NCBI GenBank assembly: GCA_016235085.1
Contig: JACRMA010000002.1
Location: 50,361 to 110,883, forward strand
From: Candidatus Zixiibacteriota bacterium
GTDB taxonomy: Bacteria > Zixibacteria > MSB-5A5 > WJJR01
DNA: 60,523 nt
Direction of reading: 5' to 3'
Position numbers and translations under genes: made by a program. How positions within the stretch are numbered: position 1 is the first letter of the stretch; every line of letters starts with the position of its first letter. Of this stretch, positions 9,714 to 20,842 are shown piece after piece. The notes under the pieces are model-generated. The model saw nothing but the letters and a program-made list of their open reading frames with translations, made no database searches and had not been told where the DNA came from.

Positions 9714-10478
9714 TTACCGATCTCGTGAGATCACAAAGTCGATCTCTGCCCCGGGGGTGAGCTCATCGCCGGGAGCGACCGACTGGCCCACGATCGTACC
9801 CGGGAGCAAGGTGGCATCGAATCTCCGATCGATCGATCCCACCAAGAGTCCCCGGTCACGGAGAGTGTCGCGGGCCTCCTCGATATTCAGGCCTACCAGC
9901 TTGGGACAGAATGTCTTAGCAGCATCGGGGGAATGGTTGATCACCAGGTTCACCACGCCCCCCTTGGTGAGACCACTTCCCTCACCTGGAATCGTGCCGA
10001 TGATCGCCCCTTCTGGAAGAGAATCTTCATATCCAAACGCCCTGCCGCCGATCGCCAACCCCACCTGCTCCAACATCAGCTCGGCTTGGCGGACACTCCC
10101 GCCTCGAACCCTAGGGATGTCGATCAGCTCGGAGCCGCGTGAGATTACCAGATTAAATAACCGGCCCCGCTTGATGGGCGCGCCGGGCAAAGGCCTTTGT
10201 TCGAGAATCGTGCCGTCCGGGTGATCAGCGGAGAAGCGCCGCTCCGAAAGCTGGTAGGTCGCTTCGTATGGAGCGAGCAGCGATAGCACGGCGGAGGGCG
10301 AACGTCCGACTAACAATGGCGCCGCGTATTCTTCACCATGCCGGGTCCACCACGGCATGATCACGCGATCCACCAGTAGAATCAGTCCGGCAACGCATAC
10401 AATCGGGAGCACAAGCCACAATATGATCCGTCGAAGCCAGGATCGGCGAGGTCTCTCAGTTGAGATCGGTTCGTTCAT
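9714..10478 (-). CDS. membrane-anchored protein with three PASTA repeats (no kinase or PBP domain)
   Basis: One N-terminal TM helix (ILWLVLPIVCVAGLILLV), then three repeats of about 65 aa with the PASTA pattern (for example IPRVRGGSVRQAELMLEQVGL...VNLVI and CPKLVGLNIEEARDTLRDRGL...IDFVIS). Its ATG overlaps the rsmB stop (ATGA at 10475-10478). Confidence 0.8.
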   Translation of the reverse strand: MNEPISTERPRRSWLRRIILWLVLPIVCVAGLILLVDRVIMPWWTRHGEEYAAPLLVGRSPSAVLSLLAPYEATYQLSERRFSADHPDGTILEQRPLPGAPIKRGRLFNLVISRGSELIDIPRVRGGSVRQAELMLEQVGLAIGGRAFGYEDSLPEGAIIGTIPGEGSGLTKGGVVNLVINHSPDAAKTFCPKLVGLNIEEARDTLRDRGLLVGSIDRRFDATLLPGTIVGQSVAPGDELTPGAEIDFVISRDR

Positions 10479-11853
10479 GCCGAAGGCCGGCGGCGAAGCC
10501 GGGCGCCAAAAACACCATCGAGCCCGTCCACCGGCGGATTGGTGGCCAGAAATCCACCGGCATTAACATAACGTGCCGGAACGAATTGCGCCGCAGATTC
10601 CAGCTCGAAGCCGGGATTGGACTCAAGGAAGGAGCGCACGATGTCCTCGTTCTCCTGGTGCGGCACAGTGCAGGTGGAATAGACGAGCACGCCGCCTTCG
10701 GCAACATGAGTCGAGGCGACATTGAGCCAGATGCGTTGCGAACGAGCCAGCCGGGTGATGTCGTCCACTGTCTTGGTCCAGCGGACTTCGGGATTCTTGG
10801 GAAGTGTCCCCAGCGCCGAGCAGGGGACATCAGCGAGAACATTCTTTGCGCTGCGCTCGCCCAGACTGGCAACATCCGCCTCAATTGGCAGGATGTTTTC
10901 GGCGGCGAATCTGACTTTGTTCTCGGTCAACCGGCGAAGTCGGTCTGGGTTCTTATCGACCGCCAGAACCTGCCCGGTCGGGCCGATGGTCTCAGCAATC
11001 GCGAGTGTCTTTCCACCCGGGGCGGCAAAAAAATCGATGGCGCTGTCGCCCGGCTGCAATCCCAAAAGCGCCACGACAAGTCCCGCCGCGGGATTCTGCA
11101 CCCACCCCAACGGCTCTTTGAACAAACCATTCCAATGTACTCGGGCAACTCACGGTGGGGCCTGGCCGCGGCCAGATGCATTTCCTTCAGGATTTCATTG
11201 ACGCGATCCAATCCTGCGCCCGATTTCGACAAGCGAAAATAGTAGTGCGGCGGAGCGTTGGCCCAGCGCGCGATCCGGTCGCCCGCGTCTCGGCCATACC
11301 GTTCGAGCAAGACTTCCGCCATCCAGTCCGGCATCGAAAGCCGCTCACCCCACGTGATCGCCTCTGGAGGAATCTGGTCGGCATCCGGCGGCGTTTCTTT
11401 CTCGCGAACCGCACGCCGCAAGACCGCGTTCATCAACCCCGCGATACCCTGATGGGAGACCTTCTTGGTCGCATCGACCGCTGTTGAGACAGCGGCATGA
11501 GCCGGAATGCGATCGCAGTCAATAACCTGAAACAGGCCCAGACGCATGATCCACTGCACCGGATCGCTGAGGCCGCTGGATTTCCCAGAGGTTAGATGCC
11601 GGGCTTGCGCATCCAAACGCCGGTATTGGCGCAGCACACCGGAGGCAATGTGCACCGCCAGTGCCCGATCCCTGGGGGCCAGCTGCACCAGGCCGGGATG
11701 GTTCTTCCAGATGTGTTCGAACCGTTCCTCCCCACGAAACGCCTTGATCGCGATGTCGTAAGCGACCGCTCGGGCGTTCCCCTCACCGAACGGATTGATC
11801 CCGCGCGGGGGACGCTGCTGTGGTGCTCTGGGATTGCGGGGTCTTCTGTCCAT
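10475..11853 (-). pseudogene. rsmB: 16S rRNA m5C967 methyltransferase RsmB/Sun, interrupted by a frameshift (or assembly error)
   Basis: ORF 10927..11883 carries the NusB-like N-terminal half. ORF 10475..11125, in another frame, carries the methyltransferase half (AAPGGKT, DVPCSALG, YSTCT). The frames must join between about 11122 and 11149. Confidence 0.85.
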
Positions 11854-11950
11854 CGTCAACCCAACCGATCTCGGCCATTTCAAGGGCCAGCAAGATCATA
11901 CGAGCGTGACTGAGGTTTCGATCCGTACGAAAATCACTCAATTCATACGG

Positions 11951-13649
11951 TCACTCCAAACCAGGCAGCTTGATCCCATGCTCCCCGGCAAAAGAAATCG
12001 CCTCTTCATACCCGGCGTCGGCATGCCGCATCACTCCCGTCCCCGGGTCATTGACCAACACGCGGCTCAATCTCCCATCCGCGTCTTCTGACCCATCGGC
12101 AACCACGACCATGCCCGCGTGAATCGAAAGTCCCATGCCCACACCGCCACCGTGATGGATCGAAACCCACCCGGCGCCGGACACCGCATTCAGGAGTCCG
12201 TTCAGAAGCGGCCAATCGGCCACCGCATCGGAGGTATCCTTCATCCCCTCAGTTTCACGATTCGGCGAGGCCACCGACCCGCAATCGAGATGGTCACGTC
12301 CAATCACAATCGGCGCCGTAATCTTTCCGTCCTTGACCAGCCCGATTGATTATCAGACCAAATTTGTCCCGTTCTCCATAACCCAGCCAGCAAATTCGGG
12401 CCGGAAGTCCCTGGAACTTCACTTTCTCGGATGCCAGCCTGATCCAGCGGCACAACGGTTCGTTGTGCGCGAATTCTTTTAACACGACTTGGTCGGTCAC
12501 GGCGATGTCCTTCGAATCGCCGGACAAGGCCGCCCAACGGAACGGACCTTTCCCCTCGCAAAACAAGGGACGGATGTAGGCAGGCACAAAGCCGGGGTAT
12601 GAGAACGCCGCCTCAAAACCCGCCTTCTTCGCCTGTCCACGCAGATTGTTGCCATAATCGAACGCTATTGCACCGGCTTTCTGCATGGCGACGATTGCCT
12701 CGCAATGGCGTGCCATCGAGGCAAATGAACGTTTGATATAATCCTGCGGATCCTTCTGGCGGAGACGAATCGCCTCATCGAACGAAATACCGGCGGGAAC
12801 ATAACCATTCAATTCGTCGTGGGCGGAGGTCTGATCCGTGACGATGTCGGGTGTCTCCCCACGCGATGCCAGCTCCGGGAGAACATCCGCGCAATTTGCC
12901 ACCAGGCCAACGGACAACGGCTGCCTGGCCTTCACCGCTTCATTGACCCACGCGAGCGCTTCGGCGAGGGATGTTGTCTTGCGGTCGCAATACGCGGTCT
13001 TCAGCCGACGGTCTATCCGTGATGAATCAACATCGACCACCAGCGCGACACCACCGTTGAGAGTGACCGCCAATGGTTGGGCGCCACCCATTCCTCCCAT
13101 GCCGCCTGTGAGCACCCAGCGCCCCGCCAGAGTCCCGCCGAAATGCTTCGCGGCGACGGCGGCCAGCGTCTCGTACGTTCCCTGCAGAATCCCCTGAGTC
13201 CCGATGTAGATCCATGACCCGGCCGTCATCTGTCCGTACATCATCAGGCCCAGGGCATCGAGCCGCCGGAACTCCTCCCAATTCGCCCATTGCCCCACCA
13301 GATTCGAATTGGCGATGATGACGCGCGGCGCCGAGGGTTGGGTCTTGAAGACACCGACCGGCTTCCCCGACTGGACAAGCAGAGTCTCATCGTTTTCCAG
13401 TTGCGTCAGACTCGCGACAATCCGATGGAAGCAGTCCCAATTGCGTGCGGCTTTGCCGGAGCCGCCGTACACGACCAACTGGTCGGGATGTTCAGCGACC
13501 TCGGGATCGAGGTTATTGCAGAGCATCCGGAGCGCCGCTTCCTGTATCCAGCCCTTGCAGCTTCGCTGGCTGCCGCGCGGCGCACGGATAGTTGAAGGTC
13601 CGGGCACATTCCGGACCTGCTGTGGTTGTGTCGAAATCGGGGTCACCAT
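11951..13649 (-). pseudogene. hutU: urocanate hydratase, interrupted by a 1-nt frameshift (or assembly error)
   Basis: ORF 12294..13730 matches urocanase ([39 protein letters not shown]). The C-terminal [19 protein letters not shown]...HHGGGVGMG...MRHADAGY is in ORF 11951..12307, a different frame. Removing one C from the CCC run at 12341-12343 restores [21 protein letters not shown]. Confidence 0.9.
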
Positions 13650-13678
13650 CCTCGTGCTCTCCAATCGCCGGCCTCGGG

Positions 13679-15931
13679 CTATGCGACCGCGGTTACGCTC
13701 GGCTGACGATCCATGAACGACGGAAGACACTGCATATACGCATCACGCAACCCGGCCAACGGTTCAGAAATATATGGCTGAAGTTGGAACGTGTCGTGTT
13801 CGGCAACGCGGCCCAGAATCATCCAGGGGATTCCGGCACTCTGCGCGGCGGCTGCCAACTCCACCTGATGGCGCTCGTCGAACGAAACGACAATGCGTGA
13901 CTGGCTTTCGCCAAACAACACGACATCGGAGCGCAGCTTGACGCCGGACAGGTCGACATCAATCCCGACCATTTCCCCGCCCTGCGACAGGCAGCACTCG
14001 AAAAGTGCCACGGCCAATCCGCCATCCGAACAATCATGCGCGGAGCGAATCCATCCCGAGCGAATGGCCGTCATGATGAACTGCTGCACTTTCTTTTCCA
14101 TCGCCAGGTCAAGGCTCGGGACCTTCCCGGTGACCTTGCCATGGATACGGCAAAGGTATTCGCTGGCGCCGATCTCGTTTTTGCATTCGCCCACGAGTGC
14201 GATGATGTCGCCCGGTGTCTTGAATGTGCCGGCGGTGATCAAATCGAGACTCTCAATCTTCCCGATCATGCCAATCGTCGGCGTGGGATAAACCGCGCGC
14301 TCCGCATCCTCGTTGTAGAAGCTGACATTACCGCCGGTCACCGGCGTTTCGAAGAAACGGCAGGCCTCGCCCATGCCACGCACACATTCGGCAAACTGGT
14401 AGTACATCTCCGGCTTGTAGGGATTGCCGAAATTCAGGCAGTTGGTGACCGCGAGCGGCCGCGCCCCGACACAGACCAGATTGCGCGCCGCTTCCGCGAC
14501 GGCGATCTGCGCGCCCAAACGGGGATTGAGATAACAGTAGCGGCCATTGGCATCGGTCGTCGCCGCCAGGGCCGTGTTCGTCTTGCGGATTCTAATGACG
14601 CCGGCATCCATGCCCGGGCCAAACGTGGTACAGGTACGCACACTGGTATCGTATTGGCGGTGCACCCAGGTCTTGTCCGACAAATTGGGCGAACCAATCA
14701 AATTCCTGAGTGTCTCACCAAGATGACCCGGAATCGGAATATCATCCGTGTCAAACGCGGCCGCCTCATCCAGGAATTTCGGACGCCGTTCGGCGCGCTT
14801 GTACTGCGGGGTCCGGCCACCCAGCGACAACGCGTCGGCGGGCACGTCCACTTTGCGCTCGCCGTTGTGATCGACGATGAAACGATTCCCCTCGATGACC
14901 TCGCCGATGCGCGCGGCATCCAACTGCCACTTCGCGAATATCGCCTGGGTCGCGGCTTCACAGCCGGGCTTCACGATCACGAGCATCCGTTCCTGCGATT
15001 CCGAAAGCAGGATCTCGTAAGGAGTCATTGCGTCCTCGCGCACCGGCACCAGTCCGGTGTCGATGTGCATTCCCAGTCCGCCTCGGAACGCTGTCTCGGA
15101 ACAGGAGCAGGTGATCCCCGCCGCACCCATATCCTGAATGCCGACCAACAGGTCGGCATCGATCATCTCCAGGGTGGCTTCCAGAAGGAGCTTCTCGGTG
15201 AACGGATCGCCGATTTGAACTGATGGCCGCCGCGCTTCGGATGCTTCCGAAAGTTCTTCCGATGCGAAAGTGGCGCCATGGATACCGTCGCGTCCGGTCT
15301 TCGACCCCACGATAAACACCGGAGCACCGATCATCGATGCGGCTCCGCGGGCAATTTTGTCCGTCCGCACGAGGCCAATCGCCAGTGGGTTGACAAGTGG
15401 ATTGCCAGTGTAAGCGTCCTCGAAGACTGTTTCCCCACCGATGTTGGGCACACCGAAGCAATTGCCGTAATCGCCGACTCCACGAACCACGCCGTCAATC
15501 AGGTATCGCACTCGGGGATTCGCGGGATTGCCGAACCGCAGGGAATCCAGCACCGCGATGGGCCGTGCGCCCATGGTGAAGATATCGCGCAGAATCCCGC
15601 CGACCCCGGTGGCCGCGCCCTGGTACGGCTCCACCGCGGAGGGATGATTATGGGACTCGATCTTGAAAACCACGGCCCAGCCGTCACCCCAGTCCACGAC
15701 CCCGGCGTTCTCCTCCCCCGCCTTGGCCAGCATCATCGGGCCCTCACGGGGAAGTGTCTTCAGGAGGATGATCGAGTTTTTTTACGAGCAGTGCGCGGAC
15801 CACATGACCGAGAAGATACCGACTTCCGTGTACGTCGGCTCCCGACCCAGGATGGTCTTGATATAGATGTATTCTTCAGGGGAAAGCCCATGCTCTTCCA
15901 CGAGTTCCGAGGTGACAACAGGTTCAATCAT
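13679..15931 (-). pseudogene. purL: phosphoribosylformylglycinamidine synthase subunit PurL, with an in-frame TAA
   Basis: ORFs 15782..16057 and 13679..15736 are in the same frame. Together they read ...[23 protein letters not shown]...ENAGVV...[27 protein letters not shown]. The stop (15782-15784) replaces the conserved Tyr of the HCSYK motif. Start at ATG 15929-15931. Confidence 0.9.
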
Positions 15932-16083
15932 CAGAAGGGTCTCCGTCCAGGTAAAGCACAATGTAGCGCGGTCGGTGCGCCGATACAACGGACTTGTGGC
16001 ATTACATGCCAGGTTCATAGCCAAAGCGCCAGCGGAACCACCGCTGGCGCTGAGCATTTGCCACTTTTGGAAGAGCTTCGACC

Positions 16084-19000
16084 CTAGAAATCCCCGCCCA
16101 GTGAGAAATAGAACTTTGGACGGGATGCGATCTTACGGAGGTCGGTGCGCCACGCCTGGTCAAACCGAAGGACGGCGATCCCGAGGTTGACGCGCAGCCC
16201 GTAGCCAAACGACGCGCGAAGATCCTGCAGATGAAAGCCGCCATCAGTGGAGGCGCCGCGGAAATCGTTCTTATCCCACACACCGCCCATATCGCCAAAG
16301 AGCACGCCGGCAATCTGGCTGAGGACCATCGGCAACGGGAATCGCATGGCGAAGTAGTCGACAAACGGGAATCGGAGCTCGGCGTTCATGAGAGCGAACC
16401 GAGTGCCTCTGAGACCGTAGTAGTCCCATCCCCGCAGCGGCGTGATGACCTGCGAAAAATAGAGACCCTCGGGGTCATAGATGTCATTGCTGACGACCGT
16501 GGAGCCGATCCAGTTGTCGACACCACCGAGATAGAATCGCTTCGGCGTCTTGCCGCCCGAAAACCCGAAGGCGCCGCGCCACGCGAAGCTGTACCGCCTG
16601 CCGATCCGCGTGTACTGGCGGAAGTCCATCGTGAACGCCTGATAAGAAATATGCCGCGCCAAACCATCCGGAGCGATTTCGACCGATGCCCGGTACCGCC
16701 GCCCATTGGCTGGCCCGGTGAATCCCCACGTGATGTCATCGTGCACCAAAGACAGCACCCCCAAGCCAACGCGATCCGATTGGCCCCTGGGCCCGGGATC
16801 CCCGGATAGAAACTTGCGGTCGACGAAGAGCATCATCCCGTCCAACTGCAGCCGGGTGAACTTGGAAAAGGGCCGCGCCGCGTTGGCCAGGAAACCATAG
16901 GTACGGTCGGAAAACAAATGGTCTGTCGAATCTGAATAGGCGTAATAGTACTTCGAATGGAAAATGCCGAAACCGTAGTCGATTCGCTTGGGCGAGTAAA
17001 GATAGTACGCCTGAAGGTTCGACTGATCGATGGTGTTGACCAGGTCGGTGGCGATGAAAATCTGGTGATCGCCCATGAAATCGGAAATCACGAAATACGA
17101 CTGGCCCCGCAGACCGAAAAACGTGCTGTACCCCAGTCCGCCGGTGACCAGATCGGGACTGAACTTCAGCTTGTACTTGTGGGGCACATATTGCCTGGGC
17201 CCTTTGCCGGCGGTTGTGTCAGCGGATGCGAGTTTGGTGCTGTCCGTCACACCTGGTGGAGGACCCCGATGGCCCGAGGTCGAACCGGTGTCTGCAACGG
17301 CCTTCCGGGCCGTCTTGTCCGTGGCTGGAGGCAGTGGCATCGAGGTGAGAGTACTCTCGGGACTGCCCCCGATGGCGCCGGTGTCACTGGCTTGAGTGGA
17401 ATCGGAAAACAGCGCCCGGCGCCGCAGCGGCGTTTCCGCCTTCTGTACGAATGACGTAAACTCAAGATCCTCGCTGAGAATCTTGGGGGCACGTTCCTCC
17501 CATGAGGGGGTCTTCTTGAGGACAAAGTGCGCCGAGTCAAGCCCGGTCAAACGCCGGACAAACGCCGTCGGTGCCAACTCCCCACCGCCGGCAACCTTCG
17601 GACGGATTTCCTTCATCAGGAAGACATCGAAACCCGCCTTGAAAAACGCGGTAAAAGCGATGCTCTGTCCATCGGGCGACCACGCCGGTGAAAAGCAGCC
17701 GGAGAGCGCATCGGTGATCGGATACGGCTTGGCACCAATCGAATCGATCAGGTAGAGATTGTAAATCCCGTTCTTATTGGAAACATAACACACTCGGCGT
17801 CCATCCGGAGCAAACACCGGCGTCTTGTCCTCGGCATCATCATCGGTCAGCGGATGGACCATTTGCGTGGTCAGGTCTGCCTCGAAAATATTGTACCGGC
17901 CATAGGCGAATGTCACGGGGTCCTGCGTCTGCGGAATCAAAAGCGGTGTGGAGTCATCGGATGGACGGTCACAGGCGAATACGATTCGTGTCCCGGTGGC
18001 ATCGAAACGGACATCCTGCTCATCGAAGCGATCATCCGTCAACCGTGTCACGCCGCCGCTCGCCACGTCGACCAGGTACAAATCGTTGCGTTCGTCCTTC
18101 CGCGCGGTTACGACGATCGATTTCCCGTCGGGCGAGAAACACGGGGAACTCATCGACGAGAACCCCAGATTCAGCGTTCGGTCTTTCTGCTTCCCATCGA
18201 CGCTGATCAAGAACAGGGCATCGGATCCACGGGACTTGGCGATCAGCGCAATTGTCTCGCCATCCGGGGAGAAACTCATGCCCGACACAAATGAGTGCAG
18301 CGATTCGAACCGGTCGGTACTCCCACCCTTGAGCACCCGCCGCAGACGTTTTCCGTCGACGGCGGAGATGATATTGACCTCGGTGTAATCGGCGCGTTCG
18401 CTGAAGATGGCGATGCGGTCACCACGTGGGGAGAACACCGGCTTGTCGTTGAAGTAGGAACCGTCCTTCTCATGATCGGTCAGTTGCTTTGCAAAATCCT
18501 TGGGTTCCTCGCGGGCGGAGATCTCCGGCCAGTATTCCTTGCGCAACCGCTTTTCCCACTCCTCGGTGAACTCCTTGCTGCCCATCCCGATGGCCTTCTT
18601 CAACGAATTGTCGAGGCTGGACTCAAACCGGCCCTTGGACAGCACCTCCGGGATCTTCTCTTCGCCATACCGCTCCGCCAGATAGAGGATGGCGGACTGG
18701 CCTTCTTTGTACGCCAGGTACCCGTCCACCAAATCGAGCGGGACGAGATACCCGTGTACGGTCGCGTCGCGGAGCACCATGTCGGCAAATGTGTCCCACC
18801 CGTGGCGGGAGGAGTATTCCGCGAATCCTTCGGCAAACCACAAAGGCTCGGGAAACAGTGTGCGTTGGGACAGGATCGACCCGATACCGCGCCCATAGAG
18901 AAGATCGAACGTCACGGCGTGAGTCAGTTCATGATGAAGCACATGCCGGAATTCTTCGTACGATCCCATGAACGGCATCACCATGCGATTCTTGAATGTC

Positions 19001-19425
19001 TCGGTGAATCCGCCAACTCCCTCGTCGAGCAGGCTGCTGGTGATGTTCGTCTGTTGGAATTCGTTGTGCGATTGATACAGGATGACCGGGACGCGCTTGC
19101 TCAAGCGATGATTGAGCTGCGCGGAGACAGTCACATACGCCGATTCCAGCTGCGTCGCGGCGAAGACCGCCAAATCGTACCCGTTCTCGTAGTAGTAGAT
19201 GTCGAAATGGTCCGACGAGATGATGGTCCAATGGAAGTCGCGGTATTGGACCTTGTTCTTGCCGAAGCCTTCCTCCTGCCCGGACACCGGCGATGCCAAA
19301 AGGAGCAGGATGCCGAGCAGCAGAATCGGCCGCCGCGCAAACAAGTCGTATTTTGACCTGAAAGCTCTGGCTCTCGCCGGAGCACCGTTCACGACCATCG
19401 AGTTTGACATCGAGATTCGCACCAC
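16084..19425 (-). CDS. outer-membrane fusion protein: HExxH metallopeptidase-like domain + PD40/TolB-like beta-propeller repeats + Omp85/BamA-like C-terminal barrel
   Basis: Signal peptide ([20 protein letters not shown]) and HHELTHAV zinc motif. At least 6 PD40-type repeats ([45 protein letters not shown]). A Ser/Thr/Pro/Gly-rich linker, then a beta-rich C-terminus ending FYFSLGGDF with a terminal Phe. Confidence 0.85.
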   Translation of the reverse strand: MVRISMSNSMVVNGAPARARAFRSKYDLFARRPILLLGILLLLASPVSGQEEGFGKNKVQYRDFHWTIISSDHFDIYYYENGYDLAVFAATQLESAYVTVSAQLNHRLSKRVPVILYQSHNEFQQTNITSSLLDEGVGGFTETFKNRMVMPFMGSYEEFRHVLHHELTHAVTFDLLYGRGIGSILSQRTLFPEPLWFAEGFAEYSSRHGWDTFADMVLRDATVHGYLVPLDLVDGYLAYKEGQSAILYLAERYGEEKIPEVLSKGRFESSLDNSLKKAIGMGSKEFTEEWEKRLRKEYWPEISAREEPKDFAKQLTDHEKDGSYFNDKPVFSPRGDRIAIFSERADYTEVNIISAVDGKRLRRVLKGGSTDRFESLHSFVSGMSFSPDGETIALIAKSRGSDALFLISVDGKQKDRTLNLGFSSMSSPCFSPDGKSIVVTARKDERNDLYLVDVASGGVTRLTDDRFDEQDVRFDATGTRIVFACDRPSDDSTPLLIPQTQDPVTFAYGRYNIFEADLTTQMVHPLTDDDAEDKTPVFAPDGRRVCYVSNKNGIYNLYLIDSIGAKPYPITDALSGCFSPAWSPDGQSIAFTAFFKAGFDVFLMKEIRPKVAGGGELAPTAFVRRLTGLDSAHFVLKKTPSWEERAPKILSEDLEFTSFVQKAETPLRRRALFSDSTQASDTGAIGGSPESTLTSMPLPPATDKTARKAVADTGSTSGHRGPPPGVTDSTKLASADTTAGKGPRQYVPHKYKLKFSPDLVTGGLGYSTFFGLRGQSYFVISDFMGDHQIFIATDLVNTIDQSNLQAYYLYSPKRIDYGFGIFHSKYYYAYSDSTDHLFSDRTYGFLANAARPFSKFTRLQLDGMMLFVDRKFLSGDPGPRGQSDRVGLGVLSLVHDDITWGFTGPANGRRYRASVEIAPDGLARHISYQAFTMDFRQYTRIGRRYSFAWRGAFGFSGGKTPKRFYLGGVDNWIGSTVVSNDIYDPEGLYFSQVITPLRGWDYYGLRGTRFALMNAELRFPFVDYFAMRFPLPMVLSQIAGVLFGDMGGVWDKNDFRGASTDGGFHLQDLRASFGYGLRVNLGIAVLRFDQAWRTDLRKIASRPKFYFSLGGDF

Positions 19426-19519
19426 CCGTACAAGGACGTCGGCGGGGACGGCCTCAGCAATCTACTTTAACCCGTTGCCCGGCGGATTGTTCCACAGAAG
19501 CGCCCAGCCCTTCTGCTGC

Positions 19520-20785
19520 CTATTCGGCCTTCTCACGTTTGATGTCGGCGCCCAGTTGTGCGAACTTATCTTCCAAGTGGTCGTACCCGCGGTCGATGTG
19601 GTAGACACGCAGGATTTCCGAGGTTCCCTCCGCCGCCAGCGCCGCTTCGACAAGTCCCGCTCCGGCACGAATATCCGCCGCCATGACGGTGGTGCCGCGC
19701 AGACGTGGGACGCCGGCCACCCGGGCTTCATTGCCGGCGACACGAACGTCGGCACCCATTCGGGCAAACTCCATGGCATGGCCGAACCGGTTGGGAAAGA
19801 CTGTCTCGGTGACCATGGAAGCACCGTCGGCGACCGTGAGCAAAGCCAACATGGCCGGTTGAAGATCCGTGGGGAACCCTGGGTATGGGAATGTGACGAT
19901 CTGGGTGGGCCAGAGCTTGGCCGGGCCCTTGGCCGTCAGCCGTTTCTTGGTTGCCGTGATTTGCACACCCATCTCCTGCAATTTACCGGTGACCGCTTCG
20001 AGATGAGTCGGCTCGACGCCGCGGACTTCCACTGTGCCGCGGGTCATCGCGGCCGCGATCATAAAAGTTCCCGCCTCCAGCCGATCCGGAATCGGTTGAT
20101 ACTCGACGCCGCGCAAGCGCTTGACACCGGTGATGCGAATGGTTGCCGTCCCGGCACCCTGGATTTTGGCGCCCATCTTGTTGAGGAACTCGGCCACATC
20201 GGCGATTTCCGGATCGCACGCGGCGTTCACCAGCAGCGTCTCCCCCGGAATCAGTGCCATCCCGATCATCAGATTCTCGGTACCGGTGTGGGTGGGGCGG
20301 TCAAAGACGAACGTACCGCTTTTCATCTTCGCGCCATCACAACGGATGTATCCATGGTCGTCCTCAAATTCCACCCCGCACGCCTGAAATCCTTTGAGAT
20401 GCAGATCAACCGGCCGCGGCCCGAAAGCACACCCCCCCGGCAGTGAAACACGGGCTTTACGCATCCGGCCAAGCAGAGCACCCAGAAAGAGAAACGATGC
20501 CCGCATCCGCCGCATGAGGTCGTACGGCACATCGTGCTTCGAAAGGTTCGCCGCCTCGACAGTGAGGATCTTTGTCGCCGAATCATAGTCGGCCTTGCCG
20601 CCCAGGTAGTTCACCACCGCCACGGTGGTACGGATATCGACCAAATCCGGAATCTCGGTCAGTACGGTCTTGCCTGAGTCCGCCAGCATGGCCGCACAAA
20701 TAATCGGCAGCGTCGCATTCTTCGATGGCGCCACATTGACCGCGCCCGACAGCCGCCTCCCCCCCTGTACAACGAACTTATCCAA
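19520..20785 (-). CDS. murA: UDP-N-acetylglucosamine 1-carboxyvinyltransferase
   Basis: Starts MDKFVVQGGRRLSGAVNVAPSKNATLPI and has the catalytic Cys loop LPGGCAFGPRPVDLH. 421 aa. Confidence 0.97.
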   Translation of the reverse strand: MDKFVVQGGRRLSGAVNVAPSKNATLPIICAAMLADSGKTVLTEIPDLVDIRTTVAVVNYLGGKADYDSATKILTVEAANLSKHDVPYDLMRRMRASFLFLGALLGRMRKARVSLPGGCAFGPRPVDLHLKGFQACGVEFEDDHGYIRCDGAKMKSGTFVFDRPTHTGTENLMIGMALIPGETLLVNAACDPEIADVAEFLNKMGAKIQGAGTATIRITGVKRLRGVEYQPIPDRLEAGTFMIAAAMTRGTVEVRGVEPTHLEAVTGKLQEMGVQITATKKRLTAKGPAKLWPTQIVTFPYPGFPTDLQPAMLALLTVADGASMVTETVFPNRFGHAMEFARMGADVRVAGNEARVAGVPRLRGTTVMAADIRAGAGLVEAALAAEGTSEILRVYHIDRGYDHLEDKFAQLGADIKREKAE

Positions 20786-20842
20786 GTCAACTCCTCAGGA
20801 TGTTCACGTGATCGGCGCAAGACCATTCCCGCGCCGCGGGGC

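Noticed and set aside
14036-15223. 395-aa plus-strand ORF (and similar ones at 28017..29069, 29895..31088, 37714..38865, 18295..19356, 15278..16087)
   Set aside because: All are antisense to strongly supported genes (purL, copA, DUF302/gamma-lyase, exbB/exbD, the Omp85 fusion). They have Arg/His/Gly-rich composition typical of GC-rich shadow frames.
15782-15784. TAA reassigned as a sense (Tyr) codon
   Set aside because: TAA functions as an ordinary stop elsewhere in the window (for example obg at 52759-52761 and the HTH-aconitase-like gene at 21710-21712). No bacterial TAA-to-Tyr code is known to me.
19199-20446. 415-aa plus-strand ORF
   Set aside because: Antisense to murA and to the 5' end of the Omp85-fusion gene. 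No recognisable motifs.
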